Shown here piece by piece: positions 32,793 through 46,300 of a stretch of DNA of 64,000 bases. Source of the stretch: Selaginella moellendorffii (taxonomy: Eukaryota; Plantae; Lycopodiophyta); the NCBI RefSeq assembly GCF_000143415.4, contig NW_003314336.1, positions 570,830-634,829 of the forward strand, in the 5' to 3' direction. The first letter of the stretch is position 1. Every line of letters begins with the position of its first letter. The notes beneath the pieces are model-generated. The model had not been told where the DNA came from, searched no databases, and saw nothing but the letters and a program-made list of their open reading frames with translations. A program made the position numbers and the translations under genes.

Positions 32793-35038
32793 TTGTTGTG
32801 CATTTCTGAACATGCGAGGAATTGCGTTCTTTTTCCAGCCACTATCAATGTGGATGCAGAGAAGGGGGAGGAGCTCACTAGTTGGACTTTCGGGATGGAA
32901 GGCGAGGATCTGAGGCTGTACAACACAAATGGTGGGATAAAAGAATGCATGGGGATCCTCATCCAAGTGACAGACACTCCATGCAGTTCCATGCAAGAAT
33001 ATGGACTGGCACTTGTGGTAGAGATAGCGTCCACCTTCAAGATCCACCTTGCACATCCTAGCGGCTTCCCGGAGGGGGGCAGCGGCTATGAGGAATTCCT
33101 AGAGGGAGCTAGGGAGAGGTTGCATGTGGCATAGCATGTGGCCTCACGCCATTTCCATTGCAGGAATTCTCGAGTCTTCTCTCGAAAACACTGGGGGTCA
33201 ATGACACACTCAACATCCATAACATTCTACTCGCGACAAAAGTTGTTTTTGACAAATGGCTAGATGTGCTGAGGAGGTATATGAACGGGGAGTTGCTAAA
33301 ATCAATGGGTGTGGAGGACGGCCGAAAGCCCAATGATTTGAAGCTCAACGCCTTGCGTTTCTCGCAGTCTCTAGACAACGACGACCTTCTGATAGTGGCT
33401 AATGCTCTTCTACGTGGTGAGGTAGTCTTCAACAAGACCAAAATGACTCCCGGCCATATTGTGACATACGAGGACTTGTGCACGGCGCTATTGAAGGATT
33501 GGATCTTCGAGCAAGTGGCCGTGGGGAGGGTGAGCATCGACACCACGCAAGAGATGATGGAAGAGCTGGAGTTGTCAAATGAAGACATCGACGAGTACGT
33601 GAAGGGGGCCCCCAAGTTCATCGATCTGCTGCGGGATGCCACGAAAAGTAAAGCTGAGAAGTTGGATCAGTATCCAGATTTCATTAAGAGGGATGTCGAC
33701 CGCCGGCTTCAGAAACAGCTCGACCCCGCAGCAGAGGCCTATCGAGAACCTTACCGGGTATACGTGAATTCGGATGAGGATCAAAGGTGGAGGAGCATCA
33801 TTTCCCGTGGAGATGAGCAGGTCAAGAACATCTTTTGTGTGATGGACTTCACAAACGAGGAGATCACTCATGCAGACGAAGTCAGCTCCATCATTGACTT
33901 AATGGTGGGACTTGCGGAGGTGGAATCTTCAGTCCACTATATGATCTACGACTCCGAATCCTATCACAAGTTCTGGAAGGCCTTGAACGAGGTGAAGGCT
34001 CGGTTGAAAGGCAAGGAGATGCGGGAGATCCATGGGATAATGGCTAAGAAGAAAATACTGACGAATGTCCGCATCTTCACACTCACCCTTGTTATTGGTC
34101 CTGCAGCAGAGTGGGACTGGAGTGACTTCCCAGCTTCGTTCGACAAGGCCGATCGAATTAATCTGAAGGAGGTCAATTTACCCGTGCCTGAGGAACTGAA
34201 GACGGCTATGGAGCTTTCGAATCCAGAGAAAGCTCCAGGTGCAGCATGGGAAATGCTTAGCTGGGTCTTCAACGCAATAGCGGGTGGGTCACCTGCTTCC
34301 GACTCCAAGGGCAAATGCGTTGTCGAGTACAACTGCGGCGGACTATTCTTTCGAGCCGCACTACTCAAGGGTGTCCCGTGTGTTGCGGTGACAAACTCCA
34401 TTGAAGAGGTGACTTCAATGGAGCATATAATTACAGTTGCCAAAGAAAAACAGTATCTTCTCTGCGAACCTAGTGAGTACGCACTTTAAGTTTAAATGTT
34501 ATCTCACAAGCTCTATATGCAGGAGCATGGCCACCCCCAGATGCTGAAACGGCGTTAACAGCTACTATTGAAGATACCCATGTTAGGCCGAGCTCACAAC
34601 CTGCACAAGGTAAGGTCACGTGAGGCCTCATGCCATTTTGATTATAGATCGTTGTGAATATTTAGACACGAGGACTGAAAAGCGCACTGGTGGCGCGTCG
34701 AAGAAGGACCGTATGTTCTGGGGGACCTTGCAAAACGGCTTGGAGCGATGGTGATAGAGAACCGGCCAGTCCAGGAGGTGGCTGCAGAAATCAACCAAAT
34801 GGCAGATGGAACGGTATATCAGAAGCCATTTGATCAGACAAACACCAGTCATCATTTATGGCATGTATATTGTCTAGCCAAGCACTATCCGCATCTCCAT
34901 AATCTGCTCAACCAGATGGGTTCTTCGACCACTAAACATGAGCGTGGACGTATTAGAGAAGAGATGGCATTACTATTGGGTTTAAATCCTAATAGTGTGG
35001 AGAGTGATGAAATTCCAAGATTATTGTATAGGCGTTAG
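32793..35038 (+). CDS. Transposon cargo gene, multi-exon, unknown function; C-terminal part resembles a degenerate N6A/N4C DNA methyltransferase fold
   Basis: 443-codon uninterrupted ORF at 33158-34489. Short GT-AG introns near 33119-33163, 34473-34522 and from 34610. Segment EKAP..WEMLSWVFNA..GKCVVEYNCGG..FRAALLKGVPCVAV. The 5' end and some splice phases are unresolved. Confidence 0.6.
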
Positions 35039-35559
35039 AGGCAAAAAATAACAGTCTGAGATGGCATGTATTTATTTAAAAATGTAACTTATTATGGCAT
35101 GGGGTTCCATGCCATTGTATTAATATTAAAAGACAATTCTTTGAGAGGATTTGCATTATACTAGAAGTGTTACAGCATGTTATTGGAAGTTTACGAAGTT
35201 GTTTTATTAATAAGGGGAAAGTAAAGATTGAATGGGGACTTGGGCTCCACCTAGACTCGGAGCAACAGAGCCAATATTAAAAGGATGGAAAGAAATTAGA
35301 CGACGATGACAAGGAGAAGAGAGAGGTGAAACAGTGGCAGGGGGAGGAAAAGTGATTGAGTAGACATTTCCTTGTTTAAAATAAAATGGCATGTGCCTCA
35401 ATGCAGTTGAATTTTGTTATATTTATATACTATATAAAGGTTTGGAAACCTTATTTTACAAGTGGGATAATGACAATTCCCACTTTAACGAAATAGAGCT
35501 TTTGTCTAGATCTACCATTTCCTTCTAAGGTTCTTGTCATTTCTCTTCTTTTGCTCTTT

Positions 35560-38500
35560 CTTTTTCATTCATCTTCATGGTAGATCAGCAATCTCCTCCT
35601 TTGACTCTAGAGCAGTAGTTGGTTCAATTGTTTGATGCCATGCGCTTGCAATTGAACAACCAAACTCAATTGATGGCAGCATTCACGGCACGTGGTTCAA
35701 CTCCTTCTGCTCTTGGTGCCAATCTTGCGTTCGGCTGGAGTTCTTTTGTGAGAATCTTGGGGATGATGTGTACCATTGGTTCGATCACTTCACGGTGATT
35801 GCCACATATCATTCTTGGGATGATGCTCGACGTTTGCGTGAGTTCCCCACGTGTTTCTAAGGGACAGCGTTGTAGTGGTACAATGGATTGAGCATAGCCA
35901 CTCATGGGGATTGGAGTGTTCTTCTAGACGCTTCAAATGTGCCTTTGAATATGCTGGCGATTGTGATGATGCCTTCCAAAAATTGCATTGTTTTCGCCAA
36001 GGGCCATCTGAGTCGGTGATGCAATTTGGTGTTCGTTTCTGAAGTCTTTTGCTTCGTGTAGAGCCTGATATGTCAGAGCGGATCAAGCTAGAAATGTTGT
36101 GGCCAGCACTTCGTCAAAATCTTATCGGCCTTGTGCATGCCCTTGCTCCTGCCACCCTTGACGATGCTCTTCGCTTGGCACAACGTTATAAGACGTTGCC
36201 TCTTCCACTTCTCGCTGCACGTCCTTCAGCTCCACTTCCTATGAGTGATGGTCCTATTCTAATGGAGGTTGATGCTGCTGCTACTTGAGTCCAAGGACAA
36301 GGGTGAGGACGTGGTTGTGGCCATGATGTTCGTTGCTGGGCATGTGATGAAGTTGGTCATACTTATCGGCGTTATCGACGCTTTCCGGATTGGCAACCTC
36401 CATTTCTTGGGTGGAGACCTTGGCGTCAGCAACGTCCCGTTGGTGCTACTGCGGTGAAAGGTTTGGACACCGAGGTGCATCTGGGAAATGAGGAGTCGCG
36501 CGAGTAATAGAGGGACCTTGCGCGAATAAGTTAGTGACCCCCCCCCATCTTTCTTTCGGGAGTATCATCAAGGGGTCCACTCGGCACCGGTTCATCCAGT
36601 GTCTATTTTCCAAGCTCGTTTTTATAACAAGAGGTCTCCTATTATTCTCTTTGTGTTAGTTGATATAGGTTCGAGTTTATCTTCTATTGCTGGACCTGTT
36701 GCCACACGTTGTCATCTACACTTGTGTCATGCGGCGGATCCAGTTTTCATTCTTTATGGCAACGGCCGTACACATGCATGTGCACGAGATGAGGCGGACC
36801 TGGTTGTGCTTGTGGGCGATCTCGAGCTTGAGTTGCAGTTGTTATGGGTGGTGCTGAGTCAAGCTTTTGGCCTCATTCTTGGTATGAATTGGTTGCAACG
36901 CAATCATGCCAAGTGTGACTTTGAGGGTTCTCCCCCTTGTCTCATACTTCCTTATGTTTCATTAATTCCTCTCACTTCCGTACCTTTTCGTCCCTTTACT
37001 TCTACCTCTGTTTCCATTACTTTTGTTCCCCCACTATTTCCTCCTATGTTTCCATTTTGTTCTGCTCTTCCCTTTTCCGATCCCTCCAATGATCTTGGTG
37101 TTGCAGCTGTTGACTGGCTCATGAAGGAGTATTCTGATCTTTTTGAATTTGACCTATCGTCTGGGGCCAAGATTGCCACACATCATCCAATTCCAACTAG
37201 GGATGCTCGTCCAGTCAAGGTTCTTGTTCATTGTCGGTCACCCAAGGAGATCAAGATTTTACATGCAAACGTCAAGGAAATGTTGGAGAAGGGTGTTATT
37301 CGGAAGTTGCGGAGTCCTTGAGCATGTGAACCTCATCTTGTGACGAAGCCTGATGGGAGTATTCGTTTCTGCATCGACTATCGTTCGTTAAATGAAGTGA
37401 CGATCCTAGATGTGTACCCTCTTCCTCACACTGCTAATTTCTTGGATCGTCTAGGGCAAAGTTGTTGGTTCACCAAGCTAGATCTTGCTTGTGGGTACGG
37501 GCAAGTACCGATGGCCGAAGAAAATATTCTTAAGACTGCTTTTCGTACACCATTTGGTTTGTACGAGTTCTTGGTGATGCTGTTTGGTTTGAACAATGCT
37601 CCAACAACTTTCCAACGGATGATGGACGAGGTTCTTTGTGATATGCCAGAGGTGATTGTTGACTTCATTGATGATGTCTTGATTCACTCGGAGGGGACGT
37701 GGGAGAAGCACATTCATGATGTATGTAAAGTTTGCATGAAGGTTTGCAAGTTGATCTTGACAAACTTGTAGCTGTTCTAAAGTTCCCTATTCCGAAGTGT
37801 GTGAATGATGTGCAATGCTTCCTGGGCAAGGTGCAGTATCTCGGTCGTTTTGTGGATCATCTTTCTGATCGCACTGCAGCGTTGCAAGCGTTGTTGAAGT
37901 CATCAACATCATCTTTCATCTGGTCTTCAGATTGTGAGCGGGCGTTTGTGGATCTCAAAGAGTTGTTGACGACTCCTTTGGTTTTGGCATATCCTGACTA
38001 CACTCGACCTTTTATTTTGCATGTAGATGCTTTTGATATTGGTCTTGGAGGTGTGTTGATGCAAGAAAGTTCGAGTGTGCCTGGTCAGCGTCATTTTATT
38101 GCATATATAAGTCGTACGTTACAACCAGTAGAGGTGAACTACCCTACGACAGAAAAGGAGTGTTTAGCGGCAGTTTGGGGTTTCAAGAAACTTCATGCAT
38201 ATCTACATGGTTCTTGGATGTTATTTGAAGGTGACCATGCTGCTGTTACTTCATTATTGAAACGGAAGAACTTGGTTGGTCATACTGCTCGGTGGGATTT
38301 GAAGCTTCAAATATATAATTTTGATGTTGTTCATCGCCTAGGGAGTTCTATGGCTAATGCTGATGCCCTTTCTCGAGCTCCTCTTCCTTCTCCACTCTTT
38401 TCTCATATTTCTGATGAGTTTGTTGTTCTAGCATTTATGGATTTTCTAAACGAGGATTCTGTGCCAACGGCAGTTGCTGTACTTGACGTTCAGTGTCCAC

Positions 38501-40370
38501 AAGGTGCAGAGCAAGATCTACCTTCTCTTGATGAGGTTTGCGAGGCTCAAAAGATTGAGCCGTGGATTCAAAGACTTCGAGATGCATTTGAGAATCCTGG
38601 ATCACTGCCTTTTCAGCATTTATATTCTCAATGTCATCTTGAAGATGGCCTTCTTTATTTTGTGGGGACAGATCCTGATGATCATTTACGGTTGGTGATG
38701 CTTTCTATCTTTATTCCGTGGTTTCTCCATGCCTACCATGATTCTCCTGTTCTAGGGTGGCATATGGGACATTGTTGTGTGACCGAGAAGCTGCGCAGGT
38801 CTTTCTATTAGCCGGAGATGCGATGTGATATTATCCGGTATGTGCATAGCTGCGTTTGGTGCCAAGCTTGTAATACTCCCCCTTGTGCTATGGAAGGACG
38901 GTTGGAGCCAATTGCAGTTTCCCGTCTGTTTGAGTTGGTGGCGTTTGATCTTATGGGACCTTTTCCACAGTCGACTGTTGGCAATGAATATGTTATTATT
39001 GCTTCTAACTACTTGACTCGTTGGGTGGAAATTGGTGATCTTGCTAGTGCCTCGGCAACTGTTGTTGGATACTTCCTCCTCAATTGAGTGATTTTCTAGC
39101 ATTCTTGTCCAGAGCGGATTCTTTCGGATAATGGTCTTGCATTTATGGTTGAGGCATTTCATGTTTTGACATCTCGGTTGGGGATACGCCACACTTTCAT
39201 GAGTGCTTATCATCTACAATCAGATGGTCTGGTGGAACGGCTCATTTGGACATTCAAAGGGATGATTGTGAAATATGTGAACTTTCAACATTCAAATTGG
39301 GATGGTTATTTGCCGTCTCTTCAGTATGCCTATGTCACAAGGGTGTAGAGTTCTGTTGGTGCTTCACCATATAAACTTCTATATAGTCATGATCTAATAT
39401 TACCAATGGAACTGGGTTTACCTTCGCGATTGCCACGAGCTACCGATGTTAGGTTGTGAGATTAGTATTTGACGAGCATTTTTTCACTTATCCAAAAAGA
39501 GTTTGCTGAACACTTAGGCCACATACAATTGGGACAACAATGGCATTACAACTCCCATCATCAATCACTTGTGGAGTACAAAGTGAATGACTTGGTGTTA
39601 GTCTATTTTCCCTATCTTATGATACGTGGTTTATCTAAAGGGCTTTATGCTCAGTGGAAAGGACCATATCAGGTGTTGTGGCAAGTTGGATCACAAGTTT
39701 ATGAAGTTTGACATGACGTCTAGCAAACCAATCCTCCAGAAATTGTGCATGTGTAGCAATTGAAACACTTCGTACAAAGGGATCATGAACAACTGATACC
39801 ACCTACAAATCTACCGATGCCTCCTCCTAACATTCCTTTAGATCCAGGCCCATCTACAAGAGAACCTTGATGGTCTTCCATTATTTCGAGAGAAGGGGAT
39901 GATGTGAGGTCCAAGTGTATGGCTATGATATTGTATATTATAATTAGTGTAATAGGATTTTGGTAGCCGTTAGATTGGTTTTAATTCGGACCACTTGCTT
40001 CTGTATATAAGCTAGGGTTTTGGGCTAATTGATATGCACATTTCAGTATTCCCTTTCCATATTCCATGCACTCACAATGCTAATTACTCATATTTTTTGT
40101 GTTCCAATTAATAAATTATGTATGTTGGTTCTTGAAAAATATTACAAAGTTTGATGTTAAAAACCAGTTAAAGTTTTTGTAGATAGGCTTATTCCTTTTA
40201 TTTTGCTTTAACTCTTTCCTTTCTTCTTGCCTTCATACCTTTTTGTTAACATCTATGTTTGCATTTATATTATTGATTGAGTGCTGGCTTGTGCTTCTTC
40301 CAAATCTTGTTCATTCTCCTTTTAAATTTGTTTTCCAACTGCCTATGTTTAAGTTCATGCAAGAAATTTA
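35560..40370 (+). mobile_element. Ty3/gypsy element gag-PR-RT-RH-INT (stops and frameshifts), PPT ~39887-39900, 3' LTR from 39902
   Basis: LVDIGSS (protease), [77 protein letters not shown] is followed by TGTGAGG. The LTR right end is uncertain. Confidence 0.92.
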
Positions 40371-43300
40371 AAAGCCATGCAATTTTATAGTCTTAATGCC
40401 CGGCTCCTCCCTGATCGCCCTAACTAATTTGGAAGCACATGAACGTTCGTACAAAACCAGCTGCCATTTGAACCCACGATTGTGATTGCCACATGGATTA
40501 GAGATCTGAAAGGGGTTTACAACACTACCATTAATGGTAGAAGAAATTATTTTGATGTGTTGCAGCAATCTAAATTTAGCTTTTGTAAATGTTGTGGCTC
40601 CAAACAAGTTCACATTGCTTGCAAACACTTGCTCGAGGCTGCAAAATGTACTAGACAAAATTGTGACATGTGACACATATATGGTTAGGTGTAATGTTAT
40701 GGTCCAATGCAAAAAGATAGAGATCTAGTTGCTCTAGACTATGTTATGCCACCTCTTGAGATTCCTCACCACCTAACCACCCCTAAGCTACCTCAAAAGC
40801 TCCACTGTGCTGCCACTTCATTGTGAGCCCTAATATACCCTTGAGCCTCCATTTGACCGATGTTGACCATGTGGTCAAAGCTGGCGCCTAACAATTCTTC
40901 CCCACCGTCCCAAGGACGAGTTGTACTAGTGATCACCTTTTCTAGGGAATCCTACTCAAGCTCCTGGTCCATCTCCCACAGCCGTATTCATAAAAGAGGC
41001 ATTGGGCCCATCACTTTGAGATAGTACACTTGGATGAATTTTCACCCCAACTGGCAACTGCACTTGATAAGCCACTTTACTAATGCACTCTAGCACTTCA
41101 TAAGGACTAGCATATTGATGGGAAAAATTATCACTCTTCCCTGTCTGTAAAGGCACCAAAGTGTTCCGCTGCTCACTTGATGGAAAGATCATTTGCACAA
41201 AGATAAAATCACCCACCTTATATTCCCAAAATTGGTGATGTTCATTAGCAAACTTCTCCACTTTATCCTAAGTTTCTTGTAAATTTTACTTACACATCAC
41301 TAGAATCTCATCAAGTTCTATGGCCAAATCAGTCACCTCAAAATCAAGCTTATCTTGAATGTCCTTATTTAAATGCAATCCCAACTCCACCGCTATTCAG
41401 GGATGCCTTCCAAACATGGCAAAGTAAGGACTTAGCTTAGTTCCACTGTGTTGGTTATTGTTGTAAGTGAATTGCACAAATAGAGGATATAGATCCCACT
41501 GTCCTTGCCTTTGACCAACACTAAAATGTAGCATATCCTCCACCACCTAATTCACATGTTTGGTTTGCCCATTTGTTTAAGGATGATCTTCTCTCGAGAG
41601 TTTTAAAGTCACTTGCATAGCCTTCACAAAGCTCTTCCAAAATCCATTTTGAACTTTGAATCTTAATCACTAATGATGTCCTTTAGCAAACCAAAATCAG
41701 GAAAAACCTTCTCCAAATAGACTGCAACCAACTATGAGGCAGTGACAGTTTTCCGAAGATGTCGCGAATGTAACTTCGGGTATCGAAAGTTATCTGTCAA
41801 CCAGTCCTTACGGACACTCTTTTTTTACTGCCACGATGGCAAGAGGTCGATATTGCTGGACCCTTTATCAGTTCCTCTTGTGATAGTGGAGTTAGCTCGG
41901 CATTTCAAGTGTACTTAGACCAGACAAGCATAAAGACGGAATTCCTACGTGCTATTAACTGAGCATACTTAGCCCGGTAATGAGTTCTCGTCCCGTTTTG
42001 TCTTCACTTGCTAGTGACAAGAACCCTCGCATATTGAGATTAGTCCATCAATATCGCTACATGATAGCTTACCGTGTCTGTCGAACACCCTCACTATCAT
42101 GCCCTTTGTGTTAGTCTCATTTCGGTCCCAAATGCTATTTATGGAAAGTGTCTAGATTCTCTCAATTGGCATATCTACAGAATATAGAGATTGTCCTGAA
42201 CACAATGGTGTTCGTCCCGTGTCCAAATTCGCAATTTAATTCGAGCTTATCCTAGAGACTAACTCCTGGTACTAAAGGAGGTTTGGGGTGAAAGCCCAAA
42301 GCATGTGTTCCTCAAAGGGGGGGGGGGGGGGGGGGGGGGGTGCTATGGGGGGTTCCAAAATGTTAGTAGGGATAGTAGGTCGGGTATGGCTGACCAACTT
42401 GAGGTATAGTTTAACTTCTGCTTGCGTGCCTAACTTTGTTCTGCATCCGGCTTGGGTCTAAGCCCAAGTTCCACACTATGCTAGCTGGTGGAGTACCCAT
42501 GTCCTTGTGTTAGGCCACCGGTATGCTAAAATAGTACTAGACTCTGTTTGGCTCCATTTTGCGTGCTAGTCCTGGCATTGGGATGCTGGTTGCTCTAGGA
42601 TTGTTCCAAGTCACTCCGGCTCCTGTCCCTTCACTCCTTGGGCTGTATGCTCGGGAGTTGCTCCGTGGTCCGGTTTTGTCACTCTTTGGCTCCATGCTTA
42701 GGAGTTTGGCACTGTTCCTTCATTCAGTGGCCCAAGGTGTCGCAAATGTGACTTCGGGTATCAAAAGTTACCTGTCGACTAGTCCTTATAGACACTCTTA
42801 CCCTATTGCCACGATGGCAGGAGGTCGGTATTGCTGGACCCTTTATTAGTCCCTTTTGTGCTAGTGGAGTTAATTGGGCATTTTGAGTGTACTTAGATCG
42901 GACGAGCATAAGGACGGAATTTCTACGTGTTATTAGCTAAGCATACTTAACCTGGTAAAGAGTTCCCATCTCGTTGTGTCTTGCACTGGTTAGTGACAAG
43001 AACCCTCGCATATTGAGATTATTCCCTCAATATCACTACATGATAGCTTACCGTGTCTGCCAAACACCCTCGCTATCATGCCCTTTGTGTTAGTCTTATT
43101 TCGGTCCCAAATGCTATTTATAGAAAGTGTCCAGATTTGCTTATTTGGCATATCTACGGAATGTAGAGGCTGGCCTGAACACAATAGTGTTCATCCCATA
43201 TCCAAATTCACAATCTAGTGCCATTCCATATTTAGTAAGTTTCGAGCTTGTCCCAAAGACTAACTCCTTATACTAAGGGAGGCTTGGGGTGAAAGCCCAA

Positions 43301-46300
43301 AGCGTGTGTTCCTCAAAGGGGAGGGGGATATATGGGGTTCCAAATGTATAGTAGGGATAGTGGGTAAACTGAGCATGGCCGACCAACTTGAGGCATAGTC
43401 TAGCTCCTGTTTGCGTGCCTGTCCTTGTTCTGCGTTTGGCTTGGGTCTAAGCCCAAGTTCCATTCCATACTAGTTGGTGGAGTACCCATATCCTCAGGTT
43501 AGGCCACCAATATGCCGAAATAACACCAGACTCTGTTTGGCTCCGTTTTGCATGCTGGTCTTGGCATTGGGATGTTGATTGCTCTAGAACTGTTCCAAGT
43601 CGCTCCGGGCTCCTTTCCCTTCGCTCCTTGGGCTGTATGCTCAGGAGTTGCTCCGTGGTTTAGTTCTATCACTCCTTGGCTCCATGCTTGAGAGTTTGGC
43701 ACCATTCCTTCGTTCAGTGGCCCAAGGCCCTGAACCACAGGTTTCACACCATTGTCCTATGGACACATGGCATGAACACGTGGCATGTGACACATGGCAT
43801 TTGACACGTGTCATATGGAGGGTTTAAGTTCCACGTCGTGATGTTATCCTATGGTAAATCACCATAGGATAAAGGGTCAAAACCACATATACTACATTTG
43901 GTCTAAGTGGGTACACATTTGGGTGCAAAGGCTTCGCAATTGTTCCTTGGGTATGGATTTGGTTACCTTGTTATACCTTATGATGTGAGCTTGCTCTTGG
44001 GCTCATATGATGGATTTGAGGTGTACCATTTTACACGAGTTTATGCTTGGGCTCGTGAATGATACATTTTGAGTTGGCAAGATTAATGTTAGCCTATCGG
44101 TGGTTCCATGAGTTGTTCCATGTACCGTGGGTGAAAGTAAACCTTTCCTAGGTTTTCTATGAGTGGCAAATAGGTTTGTCCATAGCTATTTAGCACGGCA
44201 CTAGTAGATCCTTCCTAGGCAAGACTACAAGTGGATCAATCAAGACTGTAGGGATTAGTCTATTGGTTCAAGTAGGCATTGCCGTGCTCTCTCATAAACT
44301 TTCCTTGGATTGGACTGAAGGTAGTGTGAAAGCAAGCTTGAAGTGTAGTCAAAGATGAGACCAAAAAGAGAGTCATCGGGGACGAAGGATCAAACACATA
44401 AATCATCTTCTCTTCTTTGAGAGATGATTTGCAATGAGGTGTGACTCATTGCTCGTGTTCACATTATGCAATGAAGAGTCCCTACCTTGATGCATGTTGG
44501 AGATGATAGTCTTACAAGTGGTGAGTCGTGGGATGAATAGCGGTGAAGTGTTATACCATTTTGTCTAGACTTGCTATTGGAAGACTTAAGTTATAATGCT
44601 CAATTCTTTTCCGGGGAACTTTGCTATTGCTCCTTGAGTAGCTTGGTGTTGGATTAGTTTTGAGTTTGGTCGGAAAGAAGTGGCATGAGGTTGTCTATGT
44701 TGTGAACAAAAGTTAGTGGTGTTAGATGTTGTAAATCTCTATCAGTGAAGTGTGGCATTTATGTTGCATTTTGTTGAGTTGAGTTGACACTTGATACTCA
44801 CATAAACCTTTGAAGTAATGACATGGGTGTTGCTCATGGTGTTGCTCAATTGATGATCAAGTCATTATGATACTTATATCATATCCATGTGATAGTGAGC
44901 AATGTGTTTATAAAGTTGCTTGATTAAACGATAATCAACCCCAAAGTGGTTGATGGTGACACTAGTCTACTTACACGAAGTAACATTGTAGTAGCTTTGA
45001 TTAGATTTTCAATGGTAATCCAATTATGCTAAGCTTATGTTAGTACCTTGTTTCCTTAAGTTTGCCCATAAGGTGTTAAAAAAAGGTTGTAGCATTCATT
45101 TGCTATAGCCTATCAGTTGATCCGTTAACACTTGGAGTAGATTGTTAGATAGAGAAGATGCATAGTTGAGGCATTGACATCACTGGCACTAGTGTTAGTA
45201 AAAGTGGCATTGTTATTTTAAGTGATGAGAAATTTTCCTTAGACCTTGATTTTTCATGTCATTTTTCTTGTTTGTGTTTTAGCTTCACATTGGATCTTGA
45301 AGGTGGTTGAAGAAGAGTGTTAATGCAATGTAAATGTCTAAAGTTATGGTCTTTGTGATCAAGCCTTGGATGTTCTTTTTGCATTTTGCGGATATCAGTG
45401 TTGGATGTCGAAAGTCTAGGCAAAAAAATGTTCGAGGCTTAAGCATACTATAGGTCATGAAAATTTGTGTTGAGGTGAACTTATGTGAAGTTGTAGGTAA
45501 GAGGAAGTTGGTTGAGTCTTGAAAGTTTGCATTCCTAAATTAAGAGTCACTCTTTCTCTAGGATAGAAAATTTTCCACAAATTTTCTTAAGCTTTTCCAA
45601 TGGCTGATCTGTTAATCACTTTGCCCGAAAACCATTCCGTTTTCGTAAGTTAGTACAAATTAGTGAAGGGGTTGGAGTTGACTTCAGTTGGCTTAGATCT
45701 TAGTAGGTAGTTTGTATGATGCGGCCCAAAAAGGATGCTGACTTTTGGGGCTAAGGCAATTGAGTTGGATAGAGTTTGGAGTTGGTGTAAAAAAGTGGCT
45801 ATTGCACTTTTCTAAGAAGGGTGACCCTTGTGCCTTTCTTCTATAGCGTTTTGCTTGGTGGTAGGTTGCATCTTGGATTTCATTAGACTCTATGAGAGTA
45901 GTGAGCTCTCACTAATCTTGACTTAGTTTTGGTAGCCCTGTGCCTTGGCTGAGGATAGTGATGTCTAACTTAGTTGTTTAAGGTTGAGATGTTGGTACAC
46001 GTATTATAGCTTTGTCTATAAGGAGGTTGTGTACCAATATGAGTTCATCTCATGGTCTTCACTTTAGTTTCAACTAAGTGTTGATCATGCATAGCTAGCC
46101 TCTTCAAAGTATGCTCAGAGCTGTTGGCTAAATACATTGGTGAGTTTATTGCGGTTGAGTTGAATTCGAGTGGTCATTTAGTTCGTGCTTGTTCATGAAC
46201 CTTTATTTCATACTTGGGGTATTACATTCATATTGGACAAGTGTATGATTTGATGACGTGAGTTTAGTGTTTGGGTCTTGTGAAGGTAAGTTAAAGAGTG

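Larger units (their letters stand above)
27886..35405. repeat. Dispersed 22-bp palindrome ATGGCATG-N-GGCC-N-CATGCCAT (~12 copies)
   Basis: Copies start at about 27886, 29461, 29531, 29629, 30241, 31161, 32600, 32677, 32737, 33131, 34615, 35094, plus a partial copy at 35386. None was noticed outside the TIRs. Confidence 0.9.
27552..35501. mobile_element. ~7.95-kb TIR DNA transposon (Sola-like) with two divergent genes
   Basis: Perfect 24-bp inverted repeats AAGCTCTATTTCGTTAAAGTGGGA at 27552-27575 and 35478-35501, a transposase remnant inside, and composition distinct from the flanks. No TSD is visible. Confidence 0.8.

Noticed and set aside
27886-35405. 22-bp palindromes as a CRISPR array or MITEs
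   Set aside because: Spacing is irregular (tens of bp to >1 kb), there are no TSDs, and they sit inside a spliced transposon.
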